Shown: piece after piece, positions 20,287 through 30,103 of the stretch
Layout: each line of letters opens with the position of its first letter
Numbering within the stretch: position 1 is the stretch's first letter
Assembly: GCA_964487565.1 (NCBI GenBank)
Contig: CAZARN010000002.1
Coordinates: 3,867-67,866, forward strand
DNA length: 64,000 nucleotides
Direction of reading: 5' to 3'
Source of the DNA: an uncultured Clostridium sp.
Lineage (GTDB): Bacteria; Bacillota; Clostridia; Christensenellales; CAG-138
The notes under the pieces: model-generated
Database searches by the model: none
What the model was told of the DNA's origin: nothing
Seen by the model: the letters and a program-made list of their open reading frames with translations, nothing else
Position numbers and translations under genes: made by a program

Positions 20287-21272
20287 TTCAGCGCCTGAAG
20301 CTTTCTTGAAACAGACTTTTCATGCATGAGGGCGCAAAGCGAGCCGTCCCTCAGCGCACGGGCCACCGTTTCCGCAGCCCTTGAAGCGATATCGATATCG
20401 TGAGAAACGAGCGCAAGATCAGCCCCCGCGCGGAGCGCCCCGAGCGCGGCGTCCTCGCATTTTCCGCCGGTTGCCACAGCGCCCATCTCAAGATCGTCCG
20501 TGATTATCAGCCCGTCAAAGCCCATCTTCTCGCGCAAAAGTCCCGTCAGCAGCGTTTTTGACATCGTTGCCGGCACATCCTTCTCGATTTTCGGAAAAAC
20601 GATATGCGCGCTCATCACCGCGGGAACGCCTGCGGCTATCGCCGCCGCAAACGGCTTAAGCGGCCCTTCTTCGAGCTCATCAATGCCGATATCGATCGAC
20701 GGCAGCGATATATGGGTGTCGACGGCGGTGCCGCCGTGTCCCGGGAAATGCTTTGCGCACGGCAGCACGCCGCCGCTTCGTATGCCTTCCATCATGGCAA
20801 GCCCGTTTTTCGTTACTTCATCCGGGCTGCAGCCAAAGCTGCGGTCGCCTATCACGCTGTTGCCGATTTGCATGTCTATGTCCAGCACCGGCGCAAGATC
20901 CACATTGAAGCCCATGCTTCTCATCGTTTCCGCGATATATGCCCCCGCCCCGTGCACGGCGTCCGTTCCCTTCAGCGCAAGCTTCTTCGCGCTTTCCGTG
21001 TCGATCATATCCTTCGGGAGCCGCTGCACGCGCCCTCCCTCCTGATCGAGCGCGATCAGCGCCGCAGAACCCCTGTTATGCCGCGCTATCGCGTGAAGAT
21101 CGGCCGCAAGGTCTGTCATCTGCGCGCGAGACACGCAATTGTGCGCGAAGAGTATGAAATCGGAAAAGCCGTATTCCTTCGCAAACGCCCTGAATCCCTC
21201 AGTGACCACGGTTCCCGGCACGCCTATCATGAATCGTTCCCCGGCGCACGGCATATTCCCGGCCGCGTTCAT
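20271..21272 (-). CDS. nagZ: Beta-N-acetylhexosaminidase (GH3)
   Basis: DQEGGRVQRL and KHFPGHGGT GH3 motifs. 333 aa. Confidence 0.88.
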   Translation of the reverse strand: MNAAGNMPCAGERFMIGVPGTVVTEGFRAFAKEYGFSDFILFAHNCVSRAQMTDLAADLHAIARHNRGSAALIALDQEGGRVQRLPKDMIDTESAKKLALKGTDAVHGAGAYIAETMRSMGFNVDLAPVLDIDMQIGNSVIGDRSFGCSPDEVTKNGLAMMEGIRSGGVLPCAKHFPGHGGTAVDTHISLPSIDIGIDELEEGPLKPFAAAIAAGVPAVMSAHIVFPKIEKDVPATMSKTLLTGLLREKMGFDGLIITDDLEMGAVATGGKCEDAALGALRAGADLALVSHDIDIASRAAETVARALRDGSLCALMHEKSVSRKLQALKWLNM

Positions 21273-22090
21273 TTTGCGCCTCCTATATATGCCATCGCGG
21301 CCGAAACGTCATTTGCGCACCTGTCGAGCGCCTCAGCCGCCTTTTCAGGCGAAACGCCTGCGGTTTGCGTGATTATCCGCACCGCGCGTGAGCGCAGCTT
21401 TTCATTTGTGGCGCGAAGCCCGCTCATCACGCCGCCGTGCGCGTGGCCGAGGCGTACCATGACGCTTGTTGATATCATATTGAGCACCAGCTTCTGCGCC
21501 GTGCCGCACTTCATGCGCGTTGAACCCGCGACCACCTCGGCCCCGGTTATCACGGCTATCTCCGTATCGGCCGCCGCCGCGAGCTTCGTGCCCGCGTTCG
21601 AGGTGAGGGCCGCCGTATACGCGCCGCGCCTTCTCGCCTCCGCCACGGCCGCGATCACATACCGCGCGCCGCCTGAGGCCGAAATGCCTATCACCGTATC
21701 CATCGACGACACCGCAAGCTCCCTGATGAGCATGGCGCCAGCTTCCGCGTTATCCTCCGCGGCTTCAGCCGCATGGGTGAGCGCGTCAACGCCGCCCGCG
21801 ATATGTCCCTGCACGGTTTCTGGCGCGACGCCGTATGTCGGCGGACATTCGGATGCGTCAAGCATGCCGAGTCTTCCGCTCGTTCCCGCGCCGACGTATA
21901 TCAGCCTGCCGCCCCGCGCGATGCCGTCCGCAGCCGCATCCGCAACGCGGGAAGCCGCGGGTATCACGCTTCTTACAGCCGCGGCGACCTTTGCGTCCTC
22001 GTCGTTTATCAGACGCATGAGTTCGATCGTGTCCAGCGTTTCTATCCCGCGAAAACGCGGGTCCTGCTTTTCAGTGAGAGGTATATCCAT
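21269..22090 (-). CDS. murQ: N-acetylmuramic acid 6-phosphate etherase
   Basis: SIS-domain protein with the GAGTSGRLG motif and a MurQ-type N-terminus (LTEKQDPRFRGIETLDTIELMRLINDED). Confidence 0.9.
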   Translation of the reverse strand: MDIPLTEKQDPRFRGIETLDTIELMRLINDEDAKVAAAVRSVIPAASRVADAAADGIARGGRLIYVGAGTSGRLGMLDASECPPTYGVAPETVQGHIAGGVDALTHAAEAAEDNAEAGAMLIRELAVSSMDTVIGISASGGARYVIAAVAEARRRGAYTAALTSNAGTKLAAAADTEIAVITGAEVVAGSTRMKCGTAQKLVLNMISTSVMVRLGHAHGGVMSGLRATNEKLRSRAVRIITQTAGVSPEKAAEALDRCANDVSAAMAYIGGAK

Positions 22091-22820
22091 CGGTTTCCTC
22101 CGGCGTATAATTTATCCCGGCTTTTCCTGCCTGGGAAAACTGATCTTTCCTTAAAATTTTATACCGTTTTGCGTCCTTCACAAAGTTTGCGCCCGTCTGG
22201 CGGAAGCGGAAGCTTACCCCCGCCTCCACGCACTGCCGCCTTATGTCGAGCACCCACGCGAAATCGCATTCGCGCGCGTCCGTCCCGCTCTCTCCGCCCA
22301 CGCTGACAAGCTCCGCCCATTTGCCCAGATGGGCCGACATGTCGACATGGCCGAGCAGCGGTTCGCAGACGATGAATTTGTGTTTGACCGGCGCGTCGTG
22401 AAATATGCCGAGCCGCTCATCCGCGCGCTGCTGATCCTCGCAGGTGCAGCCTATGCTCACGTTTTCGTATCCGAAGCCCCAGTCTGGCGGTACGCACCCG
22501 CACAGCCTTTCAATGCGCTTCGTGATGAACATGAAACGCACGTCGCTTCGCTCGCGCATCATTCTCCACGCCTCGTCCCGCCACGGATCAGCATCCTCAA
22601 GGAGAAAATCCGACGTGAAGCAGGTCGCCGCCGTGCTGCCGCCCGGGATCCTGTATTCGCCGGCGCGGTTTTTTTTGACCGGCAGACAGAAGTCCCCCGT
22701 TTTTCTTATGACGGAGGCGTCGCGCTCATGCGCTTCATCCATGCGGTAAACATAGCAATGTAAGCAGCCCGGGCTTTTCCGGTGACAGCCGTGCCACGGG
22801 TTCCATGAAAATTCCTGCAT
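22071..22820 (-). CDS. DUF5131 (phage Gp37/Gp68 family) protein
   Basis: The N-terminal WNPWHGCHRKSPGCLHCY Cys motif and the C-terminal W..DIRRQC..AGVSFRFRQTG pattern are characteristic of this family. Overlaps the murQ start by 20 nt. Confidence 0.75.
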   Translation of the reverse strand: MQEFSWNPWHGCHRKSPGCLHCYVYRMDEAHERDASVIRKTGDFCLPVKKNRAGEYRIPGGSTAATCFTSDFLLEDADPWRDEAWRMMRERSDVRFMFITKRIERLCGCVPPDWGFGYENVSIGCTCEDQQRADERLGIFHDAPVKHKFIVCEPLLGHVDMSAHLGKWAELVSVGGESGTDARECDFAWVLDIRRQCVEAGVSFRFRQTGANFVKDAKRYKILRKDQFSQAGKAGINYTPEETDGYTSH

Positions 22821-22874
22821 GGATTGAGAATATCACCATTTGCCCCGGTTGGCAACGAAAGTATGAATTGACTG

Positions 22875-22902
22875 TTGACAAGCGCAAATCAGGCGCTATA
22901 AT
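22875..22902 (+). promoter_or_regulatory. sigma-A type promoter of the T-box/trpB2 transcript
   Basis: TTGACA (22875-22880), a 16-nt spacer, then TATAAT (22897-22902). Confidence 0.65.
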
Positions 22903-22908
22903 AATAAA

Positions 22909-23195
22909 CTATTGATAAGAGCAAACCTTTGAGCAAGAGGAGTAGACCCTGAAAGCGCCCCACAGAGAGCCGTGACGGTGGAAAGCGGCGGAAGCGGATC
23001 GGGTTGAATGGACTTGCGAGGGCGGCCGAACAGCGCATCAGCGCCAAGTAGCAGCCGACGGGTGCCCGCCGTTAAAAGGGAATGATCTGTGTTTGCAGAC
23101 CATATTGAGCGTGCATTCATTGCACAAGTCGGGTGGTACCGCGGAAGACAAGAGCTTTCGTCCCAACAGTTGGGACGAAGGCTCTTTTTATATTT
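22909..23195 (+). promoter_or_regulatory. T-box leader (tRNA-Trp specifier UGG) with intrinsic terminator
   Basis: Stem I elements (AGAGGAGTAG, CAGAGAGCC...GGTGGAAAGC). GAA-UGG-A specifier context at 23009-23011. Canonical T-box sequence AAGTCGGGTGGTACCGCGG at 23127-23143. Terminator AGAGCTTTCGTCCCA-acagt-TGGGACGAAGGCTCTTTTT at about 23150-23190. Confidence 0.85.
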
Positions 23196-23220
23196 TATGA
23201 TTTTTAAGGAGGATACTGAA

Positions 23221-24588
23221 ATGACACGCATACCGCACAGGATCACACTTGATGAATCCCATCTTCCCAAAGCCTGGTATAACCTTCGGGCGGACATGAA
23301 GGAACTGCCCGACCCCATGATAAATCCCGCGACGATGAAACCCGCCGTGGAAAGCGACCTGTATCCCGTGTTCTGCCGCGAGCTTGCCCATCAGGAGATG
23401 GACAACGAAACGCGCTTCGTTGAAATACCCGACGAGGTGCGGGATATGTACCGCATATACAGGCCTTCGCCCCTCGTGCGCGCCTACAACCTTGAGCGCG
23501 AACTGAACACGCCCGCAAAAATATACTTCAAATTCGAGGGGAACAACACCTCCGGTTCGCACAAGCTCAATTCCGCGATCGCGCAGGCCTATTATGCGAA
23601 AAAGCAGGGCCTGACCTCCCTCACCACCGAAACCGGCGCCGGTCAGTGGGGAACGGCGCTTTCCGAGGCGTGCGCGTATTTCAACATTCCGCTCACGGTG
23701 TTCATGGTCAAGTGTTCGGCGCAGCAGAAGCCTTACCGCAAGGCCATAATCGAAAACTTCGGCGCAAAGGTCATCCCGAGTCCCAGCGACATGACCAACG
23801 CCGGGCGCGCTATACTTGCCGAAGACCCGGAAAACTCCGGTTCGCTCGGTACTGCGATATCCGAAGCCGTGGAGACCGCAGTCACCACCGAAGGCTGCCG
23901 CTATGTGCTTGGCAGCGTGCTCAACCAGGTGCTTCTGCATCAAAGCGTGATCGGTCTTGAGTCGATGGAGGCCATGCGGATGTATGACGAGTATCCGGAT
24001 GTCGTCATCGGCTGCGCGGGCGGCGGATCGAACCTCGGCGGCCTTATCGCGCCGTTCATGCGCGACAGGATCCAGGGCAAAAACAACACCCGCTTCATCG
24101 CGGTGGAGCCGCGCTCCTGTCCTTCGCTCACGCGCGGCGTATACGCATATGACTTCTGCGACGTGGGCCGCATAACGCCGCTTGCGCGCATGTATACGCT
24201 CGGCTGCTCGTTCAAGCCCTCTCCGAGCCATGCGGGCGGTTTGCGCTATCACGGCATGAGCCCGATACTCTCCAAGCTTTATCACGACGGTTATATGGAA
24301 GCCGTCGCCGTATCGCAGACGAGCGTGTTCGACGCGGCGAAGCTTTTCTCCAGGTGCGAAACGATACTGCCCGCGCCGGAATCCGCCCATGCGATCCGCG
24401 TCGCGATTGACGAGGCCGTGCGCTGCCGCGAGGAAGGCAGAAAGGAAACCATCCTTTTCGGCCTCACCGGAACCGGCTATTTCGACATGTCCGCCTATAT
24501 GGCGTACAATTCCGGCACGATGACGGACTATGTGCCGACGGACGAAGAGCTTGAATACGGCTTCGATAAACTGCCCAGGATGGACTGA
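23221..24588 (+). CDS. trpB: TrpB2-type tryptophan synthase beta-like PLP enzyme (stand-alone)
   Basis: Start set at ATG 23221 (MTRIPHRITLDESHLPKAWYNL), after AAGGAGG. The track start at 23089 lies inside the T-box. GSHKLNSA PLP-lysine motif and TrpB2-type length (455 aa). No trpA neighbour. Confidence 0.85.
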   Translation: MTRIPHRITLDESHLPKAWYNLRADMKELPDPMINPATMKPAVESDLYPVFCRELAHQEMDNETRFVEIPDEVRDMYRIYRPSPLVRAYNLERELNTPAKIYFKFEGNNTSGSHKLNSAIAQAYYAKKQGLTSLTTETGAGQWGTALSEACAYFNIPLTVFMVKCSAQQKPYRKAIIENFGAKVIPSPSDMTNAGRAILAEDPENSGSLGTAISEAVETAVTTEGCRYVLGSVLNQVLLHQSVIGLESMEAMRMYDEYPDVVIGCAGGGSNLGGLIAPFMRDRIQGKNNTRFIAVEPRSCPSLTRGVYAYDFCDVGRITPLARMYTLGCSFKPSPSHAGGLRYHGMSPILSKLYHDGYMEAVAVSQTSVFDAAKLFSRCETILPAPESAHAIRVAIDEAVRCREEGRKETILFGLTGTGYFDMSAYMAYNSGTMTDYVPTDEELEYGFDKLPRMD

Positions 24589-24617
24589 AACCGCTTTTTC
24601 GGAAATATACATTCGGT

Positions 24618-25358
24618 ATGAAGCTTATTTGTTCACTGCCGAATGTATACAGGCGCGCGGCGCTCATGCTGCCGCGCGCCGCCCTGATCGCCATGTGTCT
24701 TTTGGCCGCGGCGCTCACCTTCGTTCATGACCGCACGGGAGACGCCGCGGTATCCGCGGCCCCCGAAGGGCCTGTCATCGCCCTCACCTTTGACGACGGG
24801 CCTTATGCAGGCGTCACCGCGCGCATACTCGACGTGATCGAGGAAAACGGCGTGACAGCCACTTTTTTCGTCCCCGGCTGCCGCGTTGAAGGCCGCGGCG
24901 AGATTCTGCGCCGCATGGAAGCCGCGGGCTGCGAGATCGGCAGTCACGGTTATTCGCACACCGATCTCACCGTGCTCTGCCGCGACGAGATAATCTCCGA
25001 GATAAAGCGCACCGACGACGCCTTCATTGCCGAGATCGGCCACGCTCCGAAGCTTCTGCGCCCGCCCTACGGTCACTATAACGCGACTGTGCGCGCCGTG
25101 GCCGACCGCCCGCTCGTGCTTTGGACAATCGATACGGAGGACTGGCGCAAGAAGGATCCGTCGGCGCTTGCGGAATATGTGATCGACAGCGCGTCAGAGG
25201 GCTGCGTGATATTGATGCACGACCAGCAGCCTTCCACGGCGGACGCCATGGGCGAAATCATCCCCGCGCTAGTGAAGGCGGGATTCCGTTTTGTGACGGT
25301 GTCCCAGTTGATCGAAGAAACGGGCGGAGAGCACAAGGCGATACTGCTGCCGGGCTGA
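24618..25358 (+). CDS. Polysaccharide deacetylase family protein (CE4), membrane-anchored/secreted
   Basis: N-terminal hydrophobic anchor, then ALTFDDGPY, FFVPG, HGYSH, RPPYG and ILMHD motifs of the NodB domain. Confidence 0.88.
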   Translation: MKLICSLPNVYRRAALMLPRAALIAMCLLAAALTFVHDRTGDAAVSAAPEGPVIALTFDDGPYAGVTARILDVIEENGVTATFFVPGCRVEGRGEILRRMEAAGCEIGSHGYSHTDLTVLCRDEIISEIKRTDDAFIAEIGHAPKLLRPPYGHYNATVRAVADRPLVLWTIDTEDWRKKDPSALAEYVIDSASEGCVILMHDQQPSTADAMGEIIPALVKAGFRFVTVSQLIEETGGEHKAILLPG

Positions 25359-25421
25359 TTTGCTTTATTTTTGATATTGGGCTATAATACCTCTCAATTC
25401 ATTAACGAGAGGTATTTTTAT

Positions 25422-25994
25422 ATGGCACAGCTCACAATGGAAAAAGCGAAAGCCCTCATCGAAAAAAACGTCACCGAAGCGCACCTCCTCACCCACGCCA
25501 TCGCGGTATCCTCTGCCATGGGCGCCATGGCGGGGCATTTCGGCGAAGACAAGGAACACTGGGAGGCGATAGGCTTCCTGCACGACGTGGATTATGAAAA
25601 ATACCCCGAGGAGCATCTTGCCCACACGCGGGAGCTTCTCGACGGACAGAACATCGATGAGGCCGATATACGGGCGATACTGGCGCACGGCTACGGTCTT
25701 TGCAGCGATGTGAAGCCGGAGACCCCAATGGAAAAGAGCCTTTTCACCGTGGATGAGCTCACGGGCATCGTGCAGGCGGCAAGCCTCATGCGTCCGAGCG
25801 GCATAAGCGATCTTGAGGTATCGAGCCTTAAAAAGAAATTCAAGGACAAAAGATTCGCCGCCAAATGCGACCGCACCGTCATCGAAAACGGCTGTGAGAT
25901 GCTCGGCATGGAGCTTGCCGACGTGATGCAGCTTGTGATATCCGGCATGAGGGAGCATATGGACGAGCTCGGCATAGGCCCAAAGGCGGTCTGA
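25422..25994 (+). CDS. HD/HDIG domain phosphohydrolase
   Basis: Start at ATG 25422 (MAQLTMEKAKALIEK), after GAGAGG. H...GFLHDVDYEKYPEEH metal-binding pattern. Confidence 0.75.
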   Translation: MAQLTMEKAKALIEKNVTEAHLLTHAIAVSSAMGAMAGHFGEDKEHWEAIGFLHDVDYEKYPEEHLAHTRELLDGQNIDEADIRAILAHGYGLCSDVKPETPMEKSLFTVDELTGIVQAASLMRPSGISDLEVSSLKKKFKDKRFAAKCDRTVIENGCEMLGMELADVMQLVISGMREHMDELGIGPKAV

Positions 25995-26020
25995 GGAAAG
26001 CGCGAATCAGCATAATCAGG

Positions 26021-26046
26021 CGGCGCCCGCAAAACTGCGGGCGCCG
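26021..26046. terminator. Hairpin between convergent HD gene and glgP
   Basis: CGGCGCCCGC-aaaact-GCGGGCGCCG, a perfect 10-bp GC stem. No clear U-tract on either side. Confidence 0.45.
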
Positions 26047-26084
26047 TATCATATATCTGCAAAAGTCATGCAATGTCGCGCGGT

Positions 26085-28463
26085 TTATTTTTCGATTACG
26101 GTAAGTTTCGGCAGGTGCCAGATCTCCTCCGCATATTGTTTTATTGCGCGGTCCGACGAAAACTTGCCGGCGCTTGCGGTGTTCATGAGACATTTGCGCC
26201 CAAACGTGATCGAATCGCGGTAATCCCTGTTTGCGCGAAGCTTCGCGTCGATATAGGGCATCATGTCGAGCAGGAGATAGTATTGATCCGGCGAATGCCA
26301 CTGCGCGCCGAAAAGCAGCGAGCCGTATATCTCGTTGAAAGCGCCCGATCCGCCGTCCGAAATGACGCCGTTGATGAGCGTGTCGAGCGCCCGGCGAACG
26401 CGCGCGTCCCCGTCGTATATGGCCTTCGGGTTGTAAATCTGCTTTATGCGGGCGATATCCTCCACGCGCGCGCCGAAGATATAGTTGTTATCAGCCCCGG
26501 CCTGTTCCGCGATCTCGATATTTGCGCCGTCGTATGTGCCCAGCGTCACCGTGCCGTTGAGCATGAATTTCATGTTGCCCGTGCCTGAGGCCTCAGTGCC
26601 TGCCGGGGATATCTGCTCCGATATATCGGCGGCGGGGATTATATGCTCCGCGTATGAGCAGTTGTAATTCTGCACGAACACCACGCGCATAAGGTCCTTC
26701 ATCGCGGGATCGCCGTTCACCATCCTGGCGATCTCGTTGATATATTTTATTATGCCTTTCGCGCGGATATAGCCCGGCGCGGCCTTTGCGCCGAATATGA
26801 ACGCCGTCGGCGTGAAATCGGTGAGGCTGCCTTCCTTGAGCGAATAGTATATATCCACAATCGAAAATGCGTTGAGCAGCTGGCGCTTGTATTCGTGCAT
26901 ACGCTTGACCTGTATGTCGAATATGAAATCCGTCGGAAGGGACACGCCCTCCTTTTCCTTTATCACGGCGGCGAGCTGACGTTTCTTCTGGTGTTTCACG
27001 TCGTTGAAACGCTCGATCAGGTCCTCGTCGATATGCTCGCGCAGCCTGCAAAGCTCGTTGAGATCGGTTATGAAGCCGTCGCCTATCCGCTCCGCGATAA
27101 GGCCCGTAAGCTCCGGATTGCAAAGGCCCAAAAACCTTCTCTGGGTTATGCCGTTGGTCTTGTTCTGGAAGCGATCGGGATAAACCGCGTACCAATCCGC
27201 AAAAACGTCGCTTTTGAGTATATCGGTATGAATTTTCGCAACGCCGTTCACATATGTGGAAACATAAACCGCGAGACGGGCCATATGGATGGTGTTGTCC
27301 GCAACGATCTGCATCCTTGCGCGCCGCTCCTCCGAAACGCCCGCCGCGCGCAGCTCCGCGTTGAGGGTATCGTTTATACGGAACACGATGTCGAGCAGCT
27401 CCGGAACGACGCTCTTAAACAGATCGACCTCCCAGCGTTCGAGCGCTTCCGCCATTATCGTGTGATTCGTGAAGTTGAACGTGTTGCGCGCGATGTTGAA
27501 CGCCGCGTCGAAATCGATCCCCTCCTTCATGAGGAGACGTATAAGCTCCGGTATCGATACCGTAGGGTGCGTGTCGTTGAGCTGAACGGCGCAATGCGCC
27601 GCGAAGCCCGTCAGATCGTTGCCGCGCACGCGCTTGTATCTGCGTATTATATCCTGAAGCGTGGCGCTTGAAAGGAAGTACTGCTGCTTGAGACGAAGCC
27701 GCTTGCCGGCGTATGTGCTGTCGTTAGGATACAGCACGCGCGTGATATCCTCGACCGAGTTCTTGTCGCGCACGGCGAGCGCATATTCCTGATCGTTGAA
27801 AAGCTTGAAATCGAATTCCTCGATGGGTTCGCTCTGCCAAAGACGAAGCGTGCCCACGTTTGATGTCGCGAAGCCGAATATAGGCATGTCGTAAGGCACG
27901 GCAAGCACCTTTTGATCCGCAAAAACGACCTCGACCGTCTTGTCGTCGCGCCGCCTGCTCCACGGATCGCCGTAGCGCTGCCAGTCATCCGCCTTTTCCA
28001 CCTGGAAGCCGTCCTCAAAGCTCTGCTTGAACAGGCCGAATTTATATCTCAGACCGTATCCGTCAAGCGGCAGGTCGTGCGTCGCCGCGCTGTCCAAAAA
28101 GCACGCGGCCAGCCTGCCGAGACCGCCGTTGCCCAAAGCCGCGTCCTCGATATCCTCCATCGCGGCTATATCCGCCCCGCGCTCCCTCAGGAGCGCGCGC
28201 ATCTCATCGAGGATGCCCAGATTGTAAAGGTTTGAGAACACCATCCTGCCCATAAGGTATTCGGCGGAAATGTAATATGCTCTGCGCACGCGCTCATGCG
28301 CCCTGCGGCTTTCGCGCCACGAGGGGGCCGTTTCCATCATCACGGCGTTTGCAAGCGCGTTGTGCAGCTGTACTGTTGACGCCTGCTGCAATTCTATTTG
28401 ATAGTTGCCCGAAAGCTCCTCTTCCATGCGGTGCAGGATCCTGTTGCAATCTGTCTTCATCAA
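26085..28463 (-). CDS. glgP: Glycogen/starch/alpha-glucan phosphorylase
   Basis: 792 aa with the EASGTGNMKFMLNG PLP-lysine signature and GNGGLGRLAACF. Confidence 0.95.
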   Translation of the reverse strand: MMKTDCNRILHRMEEELSGNYQIELQQASTVQLHNALANAVMMETAPSWRESRRAHERVRRAYYISAEYLMGRMVFSNLYNLGILDEMRALLRERGADIAAMEDIEDAALGNGGLGRLAACFLDSAATHDLPLDGYGLRYKFGLFKQSFEDGFQVEKADDWQRYGDPWSRRRDDKTVEVVFADQKVLAVPYDMPIFGFATSNVGTLRLWQSEPIEEFDFKLFNDQEYALAVRDKNSVEDITRVLYPNDSTYAGKRLRLKQQYFLSSATLQDIIRRYKRVRGNDLTGFAAHCAVQLNDTHPTVSIPELIRLLMKEGIDFDAAFNIARNTFNFTNHTIMAEALERWEVDLFKSVVPELLDIVFRINDTLNAELRAAGVSEERRARMQIVADNTIHMARLAVYVSTYVNGVAKIHTDILKSDVFADWYAVYPDRFQNKTNGITQRRFLGLCNPELTGLIAERIGDGFITDLNELCRLREHIDEDLIERFNDVKHQKKRQLAAVIKEKEGVSLPTDFIFDIQVKRMHEYKRQLLNAFSIVDIYYSLKEGSLTDFTPTAFIFGAKAAPGYIRAKGIIKYINEIARMVNGDPAMKDLMRVVFVQNYNCSYAEHIIPAADISEQISPAGTEASGTGNMKFMLNGTVTLGTYDGANIEIAEQAGADNNYIFGARVEDIARIKQIYNPKAIYDGDARVRRALDTLINGVISDGGSGAFNEIYGSLLFGAQWHSPDQYYLLLDMMPYIDAKLRANRDYRDSITFGRKCLMNTASAGKFSSDRAIKQYAEEIWHLPKLTVIEK

Positions 28464-28533
28464 TCAATCGCGCCTTTCTCAAAAAAAGAATAGAGTCATT
28501 TTATCATGATTCCCCACCGCGCGCAATAACATA

Positions 28534-28549
28534 ACTTAATCGGTTAAGT
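28534..28549. promoter_or_regulatory. Inverted repeat, candidate MarR operator
   Basis: ACTTAA-TCGG-TTAAGT perfect palindrome in the glgP/marR divergent region, upstream of a TTGACA-N18-GATACT promoter-like element. Confidence 0.35.
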
Positions 28550-28656
28550 CGCATATGTCTACAAGTATATCCATAAACCGACTTACTTTTATCTTGACAA
28601 ATTATACCGGTTTGAACGATACTTCTGCTATCATGAATGAACGGAGAGCTGCCGAT

Positions 28657-29109
28657 ATGGTTTCTTCAAGCATATATAACGACGCGGGCGCGGATTTTCG
28701 CGCGCTGCTTCAAACCTATAACGCCTGCATGCAGAAAACGCTTGCAAAATACGGTCTGTATCCGGGTCAGCCGCAAATGCTTTTCGGCATCAGGGAGCTT
28801 CAGTCCCCCACGCAAAACGAGCTTGCCGCATATCTGAACGTGAGCAAGGCAAGCGCCGGCGTTTCGCTTCGAAGGCTTGAGCAGGCGGGCTTTGTGAAGC
28901 GCGTGCGCGACAAAAAGGACACGCGCTGCGTGCGCATAGCCCTCACGCAGAAAGGCAATGAATATGCGCGCTGGTGCGATATCGATTTTGAGATGATCTT
29001 TACGACCATGCTTGAGGATTTTGAGGGCGAGGATGTTTCCCATGCGCTCGACATGCTGCGCAGGATGGATAAAAGCCTCTCCGGTTTGAAGGAGAGGCTT
29101 GAAAGCTGA
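28657..29109 (+). CDS. MarR family transcriptional regulator
   Basis: Winged-helix pattern (QPQMLFGIRELQSPTQNELAAYLNVSKASAGVSLRRLEQAGFVKRVRDKKDTRCVRIALT). Start chosen at ATG 28657, 8 nt after GGAGAG; ATG 28633 is also possible. Confidence 0.82.
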   Translation: MVSSSIYNDAGADFRALLQTYNACMQKTLAKYGLYPGQPQMLFGIRELQSPTQNELAAYLNVSKASAGVSLRRLEQAGFVKRVRDKKDTRCVRIALTQKGNEYARWCDIDFEMIFTTMLEDFEGEDVSHALDMLRRMDKSLSGLKERLES

Positions 29110-29112
29110 AGC

Positions 29113-30102
29113 TCACTGCATGCTTATTTCGCCGCAAAGATCGGCCTGCATTATTTTGCGCACCTGGGCGGGATCCGACGTGTGCCCGAGCGCGTACATA
29201 AGCTTCGTCACCGCGGCCTCCGTTGTCATATCCCTTGCGGAGATGACCCCCGCCTCCCTCAGCGGCCCCGAGACCTCATATATGTCAGGCGAGCTTGCCT
29301 CATACAGGCATTGGGACGCGAGTATCACCGGTATTCCTTCCGCGGTCAGTTTCCTTATGCTCGCCGCGTGATCGCGGCGGAAATTGTGCACTCCGCCAAG
29401 GCCGAACGCTTCCACAACGACGCCCTTCACCCCGCAGTCCACGAGACAGTCTATCGTTGAAGGCATCGCGCCGGGGATAAGCTTCACGAGCGCGACCCGC
29501 GGCTCGATCGCATCGAAGAAAACGGTTTTCGGATAACGTCTTTCCGGCGAAAGATCGGCGATGCACATCCCGTCGGCATTGAACCGCGCAACATAAGGAT
29601 AATTGATCGACTCAAACGCATTGAAGCTCATCGTGCGCGTTTTCACCGCGCGGCAGCCCTTCATCGCATATTCACCGAAAGCGATATAAACGCCGCCCGG
29701 TAGCTTGCACGCCGCTTCAAACGCCCGCATCAGGTTGACCGGGCCGTCCGATCCTTCGGCTTTTATCGGCTTTTGCGCGCCCGTGAGCACCACGGGTATA
29801 TCAATGCCCAGCAGCATGAAAGAAAGCATGGACGCTGTGTATGCCATGGTATCCGTTCCGTGGGTTATGACTATGCCGTCGTAATCCCATGAGGACTTGA
29901 GCGTTTTTTCCGCGATCCGGCACCATTCCTCAGGCTGGATGTTTGAGGAATCCATGCTGAACAGGTCCACGCAGTCTATAACGGCGTCCGCGTCGGCAGC
30001 GTATGCGGCAAGCTCCGCAGCGCCGAGCGTCGGTATAAGCCCTTCGGGACTTTGTGTGCAGGCGATGGTGCCGCCTGTTGCGATAAGTCTGATTTTTTTC
30101 AT
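29113..30102 (-). CDS. ansA: L-asparaginase, type I
   Basis: Start trimmed to ATG 30102 (MKKIRLIATGGTIACTQ), directly after the upstream stop. TGGTIA and HGTDTM motifs present. Confidence 0.88.
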   Translation of the reverse strand: MKKIRLIATGGTIACTQSPEGLIPTLGAAELAAYAADADAVIDCVDLFSMDSSNIQPEEWCRIAEKTLKSSWDYDGIVITHGTDTMAYTASMLSFMLLGIDIPVVLTGAQKPIKAEGSDGPVNLMRAFEAACKLPGGVYIAFGEYAMKGCRAVKTRTMSFNAFESINYPYVARFNADGMCIADLSPERRYPKTVFFDAIEPRVALVKLIPGAMPSTIDCLVDCGVKGVVVEAFGLGGVHNFRRDHAASIRKLTAEGIPVILASQCLYEASSPDIYEVSGPLREAGVISARDMTTEAAVTKLMYALGHTSDPAQVRKIMQADLCGEISMQ

Positions 30103-30103
30103 A

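Noticed and set aside
20604-22154. 516-aa plus-strand ORF across nagZ/murQ
   Set aside because: Antisense to two well-supported enzymes. The A/S/P/R-rich translation has no recognisable domain.
23188-24612. 474-aa minus-strand ORF opposite trpB2
   Set aside because: Antisense to a gene with a PLP-lysine motif, a T-box leader and an SD. The ORF would also run through the T-box terminator.
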